Shown here: positions 12,020 through 24,100 of the stretch, in pieces | Layout: the number at the start of each line of letters is the position of its first letter | Position numbering within the stretch: the first letter of the stretch is position 1 | Source: Raillietiella orientalis | Lineage: Eukaryota | DNA length: 64,000 bases | Assembly (NCBI GenBank): GCA_036172245.1 | Contig: JAYWIR010000002.1 | Span: 5,890,001 to 5,954,000 of the forward strand | Reading direction: 5' to 3' | Position numbers and translations under genes: made by a program | Notes under the pieces: generated by a model | What the model saw: only the letters and a program-made list of their open reading frames with translations | The model's database searches: none | What the model was told of the DNA's origin: nothing

Positions 12020-13716
12020 AACGGTCCCAGCTGGGAGCCTGGTGACAACCCATGTCACCTGCACTCTCGTAGTTCGTGCCGGACGGGAGGGAAGCCCTCG
12101 TCATGACGTGTGTTGGTGTTTCCTTGCCTTTTACGGGGAACCATTTAGAGCACCGTGGGACGAATAAGCAGTGGGAGCACTGAGAGTACGAGCGATCCTC
12201 TGACTTGCCTCCAGGCGTCCAGGTATGCTGTCTGAGAGATCTGCATTCCGGGAGAGAAGAGAATGGAAGCCTGTCATCGCCGCTGCCAAATGAGATAGAA
12301 ATTTCTCGAAATTAATCTTCAAAGAGAAAATTCTGCCTGGAGTCGTGGGAGAGGACCGAAGATAGTTCATCGCACCCTAGAGCTCTCCTCAGCTGAGGAT
12401 GTGTCCCTGGCAGGCAACAGCAAACGTCCGATGCTGGAACGTGGCAAGCAGTTTTCGAACGAGAGTGAGAAGTGGGATGCGATCAGATGTAGGAGAGTTC
12501 AGGTAAGCATACGCACCTAGGGACACCAATTCTTTTGAGTAGACCTTCCCTTTTCAGATGTGCAAGGATCTGAAGATGAACTGCGCAGTCAATCCTACGG
12601 AAAGCCACCCAAGCCGTGGCTCATTTTAACTTCTCTTTTTATCTGTTCGACCCTTGCATAGATGTCAAACGAGCAAATGTGTTCCTCCATGAAGGAAAGG
12701 GTAAGGCTCAAAAAAGAAAAGCATGAAAACCACAATGTCAACGTGCAAACAGTGAAAAAGTTGTGCAGACGCCAGAATTTTCAAAACAACGAAGCGAGAA
12801 TCGGAAGGAAAGTGTGCCCGCAGTTTGAATTTCTGAAGGCTTTTGTTTTGGCATCCAGAAGGATTTTTTCATATGCGAGACTTGAGTCACAGCAGGGCTT
12901 ATGCGCTTCCTCCATAGAAGACGGGGAAAGGAAGAAGGGACCTCGGTTCGTGTCTTCCTTCCAGCAACAGAAGCAAAAAACAATATCCCGGACCATCTCA
13001 TGGGGTCTCAAGTTCTTGATCATTTGAAATAAAGAAGCTGTACTGAAGGAAAGAAAGCCGTCTTGATGAATTTAAGAATTTTTCGCTGCCATCTTGATTC
13101 GTCCTTCAGGTAATGCGTTGCATTCCTGTTCGAAACTTCGTCTGTCTTCGGAATTATGATTTTAGACCTTCCGGTGGAGCGCAAACTATCCCACTCAGGT
13201 GCTCGTTGGATTCACCACAGACACGATGCACGACCTTCATTTGCTTTTACAAAGAGTGCACAAATTCGCTTTCCTTGCCGGGCCAGTAATTCAGCTGCTT
13301 CTCCTATGGTCGCATTGGCATGGCACGTTCGGAAAAGCTTCGCGTCTTTTCCTTTTGAAAACAAATGAGACGGTTCCCCGTGCACGGCAGAGGGAGAGCT
13401 GCTACGTGCGTGCGAAACGGCGAAGGCGTCAAAAAAGGCACCCTCACAACCTCTGGCACAGTTCATCCGAAATTGAGGGATTCGAAAATGGTTTTTCCCA
13501 CTTCGGTCCGGGGAAGGGGGTTGCCTGCGATGAGGGGTGGGGGTGGGGGCACCTGAGACTCCGGCGCCGCTTGGAAAGTGAAAACCGGAGTCCAGACTTT
13601 CCCAAGCTGCATCGACTCGTGACGGAGGGTTGTTGCTTCCATCGCCCTGATGAATTTTCCTGTCGATTTCACTTCGAGATGGGAGCGGCCAACTTCCAGC
13701 AAGAATTCTTAGCAAG

Positions 13717-14170
13717 GTGCAGCTCATCCTCTTAATGCAGTCCGTTGTCCGACATGACGCAGTGATCAGCATGGCCGCGGGGGATGAGGCAAAGTGGACC
13801 CTAGTGTCCACTAACCAGAGAGCTCCAGGAACGAACTCCCTCTTAAGACCGGACTTAGTAATGAAAAAAGGAAACCAGTCCATAGTGCTGAAAATCCGCT
13901 CCCCATACGAGGGTGGAAAAGAGGCCTTCAGCACATCTAGGGAGGAAAAACAGGAAAAGTACAAAGAAGTAACCCTTCAGCTAAGCATAGGGGGGAAGCA
14001 ATGCACAGTTCATGCTTGATCCTTGGCTCTCTAGGAGTCCGAGATCCAGGTAACAGAGGAGTGCTGCAGGATCTCGGAATTCCGAAAAAGAAATTGGGGA
14101 CGATGAGATACCGGATGGTGGTGGCTTCATGCCTCCGATACTCCAGCGACATCTATGCAGCCCACGTCAC
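13717..14170 (+). mobile_element. 3' end of a Utopia/NeSL-like non-LTR retrotransposon: restriction-like endonuclease (RLE) domain, inactivated
   Basis: RHDAV...NQRAPGTNSLLRPDLVMKKGNQSIVLKIRSPYEGGKEAFSTSREEKQEKY, then a frameshift to LILGSLGVRDPGN..LQDLGI...SSDIYAAHV. This matches the RH..RPD..(D)V..P(F/Y)E..AF...EK..KY..G.LG.W..N pattern of NeSL/Utopia RLEs. The second catalytic Asp is replaced by Lys. Confidence 0.85.
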
Positions 14171-15459
14171 GAAGGCCCGACAATCGACAAGACCGACAAC
14201 ATGCAGCCGGAAAAGCCCAGCGGCCAGCTCTCGCACGACGAAGGACAGGAAGCTGAGGAAGCAACATGCTGAGGAGCGACGAGCGCCCCAGATGAACAGG
14301 GGAGGAATTCCGGAAGAATGTCAAGAGCCTCCCTTGTAACGTATTGTATAATTGTAGATCTAGGCAATAAGAACGACACAGTCTGACATGAAAGATTCCC
14401 TGAATGGACCCACGGGAATAACGCTTAAGTTCTTGAGTGGAAGAACTTCAAGTGTTTCCCACTTCGAGGGCATAAACAGGATAGAGGAATTCCAATTTTA
14501 TTGTGATGCCCGGTGCAAAAACACGGTGCAGCACATCTTAAAGCAGCAGTTTGATCCTGAAAATCTCGAACGGGCTTGCACGAGGAATTCCAGGACGAGA
14601 CGACGATTGCGGTGATTTCACTGTCATCTACGTTCCTGATTTCTATTCCTTGACGATTCTTGGCATCTTCCACATTATGCTTTCGATGCCATGGTATCTG
14701 TTGCTCGTTGCATCCTATTTGTTCGTCTGGAAAACGGAGAACACTTCAAGACCACCACTGCACAATTATGCGACCGAGTTCGTTTCCCGATTCCCCCCTC
14801 AGCAGCGGAATGCAAGACCAGCTCGTTACGAGTTTCTCTCCTCCTCGGCCTTCGGTTTCACTCGAGTGGCGCCCCTCGTCTCGAGTAGCAGCCAGCCAAA
14901 TTTCCTTTTTTCCATTTCTGTCTGAGTCTCGCGCTCGCCGAAAACCAGCCGGAAAAAGTATTGCTGGGGCCATGAATCTCTTTGGTTCCCGAAGACAAAT
15001 GATATCTCTGCCTTGTACAGTCGTCCGCAAATCTTACATCATCCACACGACCTCATTTCCTGAGTCTGTCAAATTAGCCTCCTCCCCGAAACGGTTTCCA
15101 TCTGCTCCGAGTGTGTTCGGCTGGGACTTGCACATCAACCCATTATCGACCACTTCAGTCATTGGCGTCGAGCCCTTCCTTAGTTGCGAGCATCAGCTGA
15201 CTTCCATTTGCCAACTGAACCGCTTCGGGTCCGATGCCATTCAGGGATCCACACAGAGGAAGGACGCTGAGAAAACGGAGCATTGGAGGTTTACCAGCGT
15301 AGCTCAGGGCTTCTGGATTTCTTGGTGTGGTGGCTTTGATCAGGTTTGATCTCTATGACACAGGACGCCATTCTACTTTTCCACTCTACGTCACACGAAT
15401 TTTTTCTACGTTTTTGTTGGTGGGTGTAGCAGCTTCTCTTGTGCGTGCATCATCCCCGG

Positions 15460-15900
15460 AAGACCAATGCACGGCGGGAAAATCTCTCCGCCGAAGATAA
15501 TTAAGATTAATCTCCCCGAATCATGAATCAAATGAAGTCGGAAGACGGAGTGGTCCAGAGGACAGATTGGAAACGGGAATCGGGGAGGCACCAATTCGTT
15601 TGAGGGAAGCAGAACTTTCCTGGGGAGAACTCTGCAAAGGAAGACCTTCCTGAAGTGAGCAGCAAGGAGGAAGCGTTCCCTTCCAACAGACGCACTTCGG
15701 CACTGATTCTGTTGGCATGGCACTTTCTTCAAACCGTTTGGAAGAGCCTTGCTGAATCTTCGAGGCTGGATAGTACGGTGAGCAGGTTCATCTATTCTCG
15801 ATCCTTCGCCCAAGAGGAGCTTTTGCCTCGGCTTCTGAGCACAGGCTGTTCCCTTTGCCATGCGCGAGTGCTTGCTTTGAGGATTCCCTGACCATGGAAT
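15460..15900 (+). mobile_element. Possible RTE-like LINE RT C-terminal remnant
   Basis: Fragments GGKISPPKII (GLKIS..KT-like), TFLGRTL (YLG-like) and TVWKS...LLPRLL occur in the expected order. Weak. Confidence 0.25.
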
Positions 15901-17479
15901 TCCTCAAAGTCTTCTGTCCTTCAAGTTTCCAGTGTGGATTTGCACAAATTTGCACAACACCTTCAGAGGGCTTGTCTGCCTGAGAGGAGTATTTAGGTGT
16001 CTCTGTACGGATTGATGGGTGACCGAGAGAAGGCACTTTCAAACGGTGGAGCAGGAAGAGAAAACCGAAGATGGGTGCGAAGATGCAAAGCTCCTGGGAG
16101 ACGCTGGGTGGAAGCTTGAGAAGGAGATACCTCCAGAAGCATAAGACCGACAACACCATCTCCATGACAAGATGTGAGAAGGGACAAACGGCGCCATGAA
16201 GACCTCGAAACATTCACGCGGAGGTGATCTTGTCAAAACCACGAACTCGGAGATGGTTCCAAGATTCGAGGAAGCTGCAAAATGAAGAGGCAGGATGCTA
16301 GGAAAAAGAGTGCAATCGAGAACAGAATGTGTTTTGTTTGCCCGGTAGCTGTTGCTTATTTGGCAGAAGCATAAACAGAGTAGTGAAGAGGAGGAATGGG
16401 GAGTCCTTCAGGAATTGGCTAATGACTATGGAATGAATTTGGTAGATCATGGAGATTGTAAAGCTAGGAATATATATGAAATTGAAAGGTGTGATATCGA
16501 GATCACAAAGATGAGACAAAGAGGAAAGAGAGACAAAATCCAGCGTCGAGCAAATGAGAGAAAATGTACACTTTCTGAGAAACTCCTTGCCTACCCCTCA
16601 AAATATTCACAGTGACCTTTTACACGTGTAAGAACTTTTAAAAATCATAAAGTCAGTCTGCTCCTAAACACCAGTCCAGACACATGAGAATCTATCTTTG
16701 AAGTTTTTATTTCCATTTGCATTTTCAGCATGCAGCCCTCAAACGCTGCAGAAACATCAGTCCAGTTTGAGAGCTTCATCTCTTGCTGCCAAAACTTTAT
16801 CCTCGGAAGTCATTCAAAACACCGGTGTTTCTTGAATCCACTCCTCCAGAAACATTTTCTAAATGAAAACGGATTATAAAGCAGTGCGTAATAGTCAGTG
16901 TCCAGAGGCCCTTCATCAGGACCACTTCAGTCGTAGATGAGTGGCATTCCGTAAAATGAGCTTTCCTCATCATGTGAATTCAGTCAAGTAAACCACGTTC
17001 CATGTGGAATGATGACTTCAATTTGTTTTGTACAGTACTTTTGGAAACTACCTGGAAACCTCATCCATTCACTCCCGTGGAGCACTTTCTTGGAACGAAC
17101 CACTACCGCAGGTTCCAGCTGAGATTCTCTCCAAGCTGCATTTATGCATTTTTTATAGAGGTGAAAACTTTCTTACCATCTCTTCGTTTTGCTTCTACCT
17201 GCAAATCCACAAATTTCTGCAGAAAAGTTTTTGGAAAATTGGATCTGTTCTTCCTGAAAATTTCTAAATCAGATTGATTTTTTTTTCTTCATAAACAAGA
17301 ATTTAGGTCACAGTGTGTGGTGTCTTCAGCTTCGTGCATGATTTTACTCGAAATCATTTTATTTGCTTCAATAACGCGCATCTTCCAATTGTCTTAAGAG
17401 CTTGTAATTGCATTCATCTTGTTGGTCCACAGAGATTCGAATACCACCAGCTATCAGCTACTAAAAGTACAGTAAATGT

Positions 17480-17830
17480 ACGTTGAGTCTCCGCCTTTGG
17501 TCACTCCGCTTCTCCGACAACATTCTTACGATAAATTCCCCAAAAGTGATTTCTCAGACAACCGAGGCACTGCAACGGTAGTAGGAAGCCACACTGATGA
17601 CGTAGGAAGGACATGGGACGCACGTCCTCTGGAATACTTGGACGAGTTCGTGCTTCCATCTGGTATCCTGAGTTTGGGGAACTCTTGTTGAAACGGATCT
17701 CAAATTGCTGAGCCTGTCTATCCACAGCTCCACTGTAGCTTTGTCCTAAGCCAGAATGCTGGGTCACGTGTCTAGCGCTAGTCAGCGCTGGTTCGTACAC
17801 CTGGACATGGGTTTCCTTCTTCACTGAGAT
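17480..17830 (-). mobile_element. Possible RTE-like LINE thumb-region remnant
   Basis: KETHVQVYEPALTS...QQFEIRF...FWGIYR resembles the TK..LY...V.S / LE.FE / W.GH..R pattern. Weak. Confidence 0.25.
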
Positions 17831-20499
17831 TAACTGTTCCTACTAAGAGCCACGTCCTTACTTAATGTCATCTGGGCGAGGCAAAGTCGAATTGGGGATG
17901 CCAGATGAAAGGAGTATCAAGGAGTTTGGACGGTCTGTCGTAAAACTTTATCCCAAAGCTGAGAACTTTATGTCTGGCTCAGAATTTTCAGCCTACAGAT
18001 GCTGGGCATTTTCTCGAAAAGAAAATAAAACGGTTTCCTCCTGTTGTTTCCAGCGAAGCAGACAGCAGGTTACAGCACGTGTTTATCATCCTAGCCAGCT
18101 GGTAGGCAGGTGTATTGGACCGACACATACTCCGAAAGCCAGAAGAGAAACTGGATAATGTTACAGGAAAAGTTTGGTTCTCTTTGAGTCAACTATGTTT
18201 TTTTTTTTTGATATGGTCATCTCGAAGATGATTCGGGATACTTTTGGAGCATTCGAGGTGGCTACTTCAGCAGCCGCCAAATATCCTCTTTAGCAACAAG
18301 CTTGCTTAATCACTAGGAATTGCGAATGGCGCTGGGAACGCACACACCAACTCCTTCCTCCGCTTCTGCATTAACCTGCCAGTGCTGGTGCAAGTGGGGC
18401 TTCACAAGTGGTTCGCTTTTTTGCAACATTCAGTCACTCCAATCACTGTTGCTGGTGTTAATTTGACCCTGAGAAACCCACGATCCACTTGAATGATCGC
18501 AATTTTTCAGATCAGAGTTGCTATGCCTTGAATTTGTAAAACACATTTCGATCTCCTGCCTCCTTACATTCCCTTTCAACCGCCATCTGCGGAAAACAGA
18601 ATTCATCACATCAAGGGATTCATCACATCACAGAATTCATCGTCGTAACAGATCTCCGAAGCTGCCTGGAGGGTCCACTAAGAATCCAAACTTACCACAA
18701 CTGCTGATGCTGAGGAAAAAAAAAAAAAAAAAACGGGAGGCAGCGTGCTGCAATTATTTTATTAACTAATTGGTGTTCCCAGAGCACTCTTGACGCACAG
18801 CAGCAAGGATGTAAAGCGACGAGATTTCAAAGAGTGCATGAAAAAAAAACTTCATTCTGCCAAAGTTAGTGTACGCAACGAAGTCTCCTGAGTACGCTAA
18901 CCACATTCGAAACTTCGACTGTATACCGGCCGAATCGATTTGCACCGAAAACTTTCCAAGTAGTTGCTGAGGTCGCTTCTGCGTTCCCAAACAGTGTAGC
19001 GAGGCGGTCGTTGGATCGCCACCTGGAAGGAGAGCGCCGAGCACTATGATGGTCGGTGACCGTCAGCAAGGTGGCAAGCCACAAAAATGTAGTCGCTGAC
19101 CTCGCTGCTTCCTCTTGCCGGAAACGTGAAATTCCAGACTCGAATCCGAGCAGGGAGTGCGTTTTCTACAGCAATCTTTCCTTTACTATCTCCACCACGA
19201 CCACGGCTCTGCCTGACTCTCTTGGGAAGCCGCAGGTGCTGATGAATGAATTTGAGTTCGATTTATTTTAAGGTAATCGCCTAAGAGAAGCATGCCAGAG
19301 GAGGCTGTTCAAGGGCTACAATCACTTCATCTGTACTTTTAGGGCCCACCTGTAGTCGTTATCTTCAGCTGGCATTCAATCTTTGAAAATGAACATCGCT
19401 TCCAAGCCGACCCTGTTTATTGGAATGACGATGACTGACAGCCTTGCTGAACATCAAAGATGAAGATGTGCACTGTGATGAGATCGAGCTATTGAGGGAT
19501 TTCGTTGCTTTTCATCCACAAGTTTGTGTCCACCGTGAAAGCTAGGAAAACTCCTATTCTGTACAATTCTTTCACACAAATTTCAACTTCATCTTGGGGT
19601 AACATGTATTGCAGCTCGCACAGGCAGGACGAGGCAAAGGTGAGGCCCTTTCTTGTCCAGCAGACTGCAGGCTCGAACTCTCTGGTTCCTTCAGCAATTC
19701 AATTTTCTGGTACAGGAGCAATTTTTATCATTTTTAATAGCTCTCCCGTTTGTAAAAGTGCGGTCCGATACGGCTGCGGCCTGCAGCTGCACTTTCGCTT
19801 TCTGGGAGCGACTTCATTTTGCTATCAAAAAAACAAGGGTTGAATGAATTCCTCCAAGAGAACAGAGTTCGGGTGTTCGCAAGGATGAATGGGTAGTAGG
19901 TACGGATCTTTCTTAAAATTGCCATCACTGTCACAACCAAAGAATCGAGGTTGAGGTACAGAGGAAGCATCCACTTATAGGAGAGGAAAGCTCGCCGTTT
20001 GCCCAAGGATGCTGTTTTGCATCTTCCATGAAGGTTCCAACGACTTCTGGATGGCGAGCAGAGTCAAATGGCCAGGCTACCTCCCGCATCTCCTTCAGAT
20101 TGCATTCTATCAGTAGATACGATTACCTTCCACCGAGTCCGATTCAGTTGGCTAATTAAATAATTGCGAAACAGACTGCGAGAACCCTCATTTGGATTTC
20201 TTTCTGAAGTGTCCATTATTAGGGGAAAAAAAAATCGTCAGTGAAGTCTTTGTGCATCCAAAGCCTCTTAAAAAACATGCTCTGCATCCTATATCCTCTT
20301 CAAAATATGCATCCCTGACGCCACTTCAGCAATATTATATTCAACCAGTAATTGCTTCCCGGGGATTTTGTCAGAATGACAGGGAAGAAAACATACAATG
20401 CTTCCTGCTTTTCTCCAAATTGTTTATTTGATGACGGTGTTGATGGTTTTTCTTTGCTATTGTTATTTTGATGATGATGTGGATGTTGCATCGATCTTT

Positions 20500-23400
20500 T
20501 TTTCCGTGATTCATTTATATCATTTGCGGCAGCACAAAAGAATATTTTTCTCATCTTGAAAGTCGGCGATCTCTTGATGCTCCAGAAGGTAGAGTGCAGC
20601 GCATCCTCCTTCTTCGACAATGAATCGTGCAACGACGAAATGTGCACAGGGCTCTGCCTGGATCCCATGACGAAAATCTTCTTCTTGAACAAATCATCTT
20701 CTTTCACAACGGGTCCTTCGATCTAACCAACTCAGTCATTTTTCCTTGAAAATGCCGTACAAACTTGACTGTACATACGTTCTATCCGTGTATGCCATTT
20801 TCAAAACGTATATTTCTTTGATCATTCTAAACCAAGAGGAATAAGCATTATCGTGTTTGATCTTGAATTCTAAACGTCTCTGAGAAATTCCCTTTTGGGA
20901 TACCTTTTTCTGACAGAGATTCCCTAATCATGCTCAGCATTGCCACAACCTTTGTTCCTCCATCAGTACCGAGGGGATCATCGAATCCAACTCCTTACAC
21001 TGTGCAATCACATTCTGTATAGATTCTTCATTGACTGCTTCCGGAGAGCGCTTCTGGAAATTTCGGGGTTCCTCAACACAACGATTCAAAGATTCATGGT
21101 TAAGATTCGTGGTTACACCATTTGCATTGGCCTACGTGATGAAGCACTTGCACCCTTCACTTCCCCTATGCGCCACTGCAGTAGTTCGATGGCCAACTGC
21201 CGGTTTTCTTGTTAAACGGACAAGTCATCGAGGGTGCGGGAAACTCGACGAAGAAGATCAGACCATCATGCGGCTGGTCACCTCCAGGCGACTCTCCGTG
21301 TTGTTCCTATGGCAGCATGGCGTGGACACGAGCGATTCAAATGTGTTCGCCGTGTGCCTTCCTCAACGGAGGCCTGGAAGCCAAAGAGCTTTTCCACTTT
21401 GCACTTTGCTGCGGAGGAAAATTGTGCTTTTGTCCAGAAAGGAGGAAGTGAAAGAAAGACACGCGTGGAAAATTCAGCAGTCGTTGCTTATTTGGCTATG
21501 TCAGTCCATAAGTGGTTTACTTTTACTATGAAGCTCTCTTACACTGTGTGAGAACACGAGCCACATATTCACCGCTCGACCCATTTATTATGGGACCGAA
21601 CCTCTGGAAGACCTCGGCTGTGCGTACAGGAAAAGTGTTCAAATCGATGTGTATAATCTGCATCGTTTGAACCAAGCGATTATCTGAATATTCGTCCATC
21701 GAAGTTTCGCATTGGTACACTCAGTGGCCTGCCTAAGAAGAATAGGAGACCCTCCTAACAGCGCCATAATGGAGATCATTTATTTCAATGTACTCGATGT
21801 CACGGAGCATCCAAAGTTTTTTCGCAGAATCGGAGACGCACTGGTCCAGCACAAGTCAAGAATGATGCGTCAGAAAAGTCTCAAGAGTAAACAGACCGCT
21901 CCATTTAAGAAAGGAAAATAAAAAAAATGAAGCGAAATTGGGAGGTTTTCCTTGTCTTTTTCCAGGTCCACACAACAGAAGGAGTGTCAGCTTGCCTGCT
22001 AACCACCCTGTTGCGTCCTCCAGGGACCTTTTCCGGAATTTGATCTGATGCAATGAGAAAACGTTAGTTGGTTTAGGGATAGCACAGAGTACCTGAAAAA
22101 TTGGAAACCCCAGTGGGCTTCGCGGTTACGGAAATGCCCATTTTGCGATCGCAAGACAGTCAATCTGTCGTTACTCTCGCTGAATGCAAGCTCTCCCTGT
22201 CCCGGTGCTTAGGAAAACGGGCTTTGGCGTTTTCTTCTACTCATCATTTCGTTGGCTTGAACTCTTCCTCAAGGCCGCGGAAGGTACGAACGACCTTCCG
22301 CTCTCATCCAGGGGTCCCGTTTCTCTCTTCTCCCGCCATCATCTTTACTAGAGGAGAGACAAAGCGTCCAGTCCAGAAAAAACTGAACACAGGGACTTCT
22401 TGACAAAGAACATTCGCAAAATGAGCACAGCCACATGTTTGAATGCTCGCATCCGTGATTGCTGAGTGTCCCCAGGGGTGTTCAGTGACCTAAGACAGGA
22501 GCTAAGACCGGGATGAAAGGAGAGCTCTTGGAATGCCGGCGGAGTGTGTAAAATCGGGCGAAAGAACTCCAACTTTGAGGGAGCTATTTCAAATGTACTT
22601 TCTCCCAGATTCAGGAGGACACTTCATGAAGAAACAGCAAAGTTGCTACTGGGAGGTGAACGAATCAACGCTCCGAATGTTTTAGAAATCCGTAAAAATA
22701 GCTGGTGCTTCGACTCCAGAAACGAAAGGTTCTTATCAACCGCGGAATTCCCGCGTCATCCATGTGATTTCGAATACTTTCTCTGTCGTTTCCTCTTCCC
22801 TTCATCACTTCGGTTTGGCAAAAGCAAAAAACCCGCCCTTTTTGAAGTAATGACCGTCCCATTTGTTCGCAGACCGAAACGTTTCCGGAAATCAGAGGAT
22901 CCGGGGTGCAAATCTGAATGCTGGACTATTCCAGCTTGTGCGTGCTTCCCGGGAACTGCTCCCATCTTGAAGGCTGAGCGAAGCTTGCCTTTGTCCCTTC
23001 CTGGTTTCGTTTGCCTGCTTTTTCCCACGTGGCTGCAGAGTCTTCCACCAGTGTCGCATGAGGGCTGATTCACGTCTATGGAACTGTCCTCCGTCACAAG
23101 TCCTTTCCAACGTCCCTTGTCACCATCAAATAGCAGTTCCCACTGATTCAGAATGTCTTTAATGAGACTCCACCTACACTGTTTGGTTTTATTCACCGGT
23201 CCATTTCGTTTCGTGAGCTCCAGTTCGCTGCACACCTCGGATTTGTGCAGACGCGCTGCCTCATATATCATATTAACAGCTGTACTAGCTGGTAATTCAT
23301 GAATATTGCTCACGTGAGAGCACTTCCGGCATCAGATATGGACGGGCTTCCTGCTGTGGGGCAGAAGTGTCAAAAAAAATCATTCATCGTGTGCACAGTC

Positions 23401-24100
23401 TAAGGCTTTCGATTGCGTCGGTTGCTCGTGTTCACCTTTGTGTTACGTGCTTTGTGTTTTCTCATCCATTGAATGTTCCTCTTCGCGCCATCATGAAATC
23501 CCTTGTAGCTTGGCTTCCCTCTTGGCTGCGCTTCCGTATAACCTGAACGCATTGGCATTTTCGTTTTCCTGGTCAATCCAAGCATCGCCAAATCGGCAGA
23601 GTCTCTACAAAGTTGTGTTCAGAATTGCTGCGGGAACCACCGTGGGATCCAACTATCGCTACCACAGAATCCTTTCTTCTCTCCCTCCTCCATGCTGAAT
23701 TCATGCAGTTACTCTGGAGAGCTGTGAAAAGGCAGCGTTCAAGACTACTGGCTGTTTGCTGCAGGAGTTGAAATCGAGCCGTCTCTTTGAAAGAATTCCT
23801 TGGAACTCTCCTCTGCAGTTTCCAGCCTGCTCTTTGGTTTGTTCTCCTCGCCGTTGGTTCAAGGGAAGCAATGCGTTCCTTAGCGATGGTCCTTGCTAAG
23901 AAACGCAGAGCTACGGCCGGGGAATAAATTTGTATTCCCAGGCCATCAAGCGGGCTGCATTTTCCAAGAAGATCGCTTAGAACAAGCTGGATTAACAAAA
24001 TCCGGTTCGTCTTCTTGATTGCTGGCTTTACCATTCTGCTCTTTGCTAAATTAATGATTTCCGCAGCTTCACAGTCAGGATTCCTTTTTTCTCGCAAGGC
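20500..24100 (-). mobile_element. Decayed Ty3/Gypsy LTR-retrotransposon internal region (protease, RT, RNaseH and integrase remnants); no LTRs identified
   Basis: Minus-strand order: VVAIVGSHGGSRS..FV (protease-like, ~23670-23600), IKDILNQWELLFDGDKG..KG (~23160), SWNSPAF and DFRK (~22930-22880, RT N-terminus), LHTPPAFQ (~22540), LAIAKW (~22150), ASSRRP (~21140, ADALSR-like), LHDS (~20630, integrase HHCC region). Frameshifted, with stops. Confidence 0.55.

Noticed and set aside
13212..13964. 250-aa minus-strand ORF
   Set aside because: It is largely antisense to the RLE domain, has no recognisable motifs, and is probably a shadow ORF.
19090..19160. tRNA/SINE-like B-box (gactcgaatcc); similar words near 9487-9500(-) and 37737-37750(-)
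   Set aside because: I could not build a cloverleaf, a convincing A-box pairing or a shared body between the sites. Not supportable without a covariance search.
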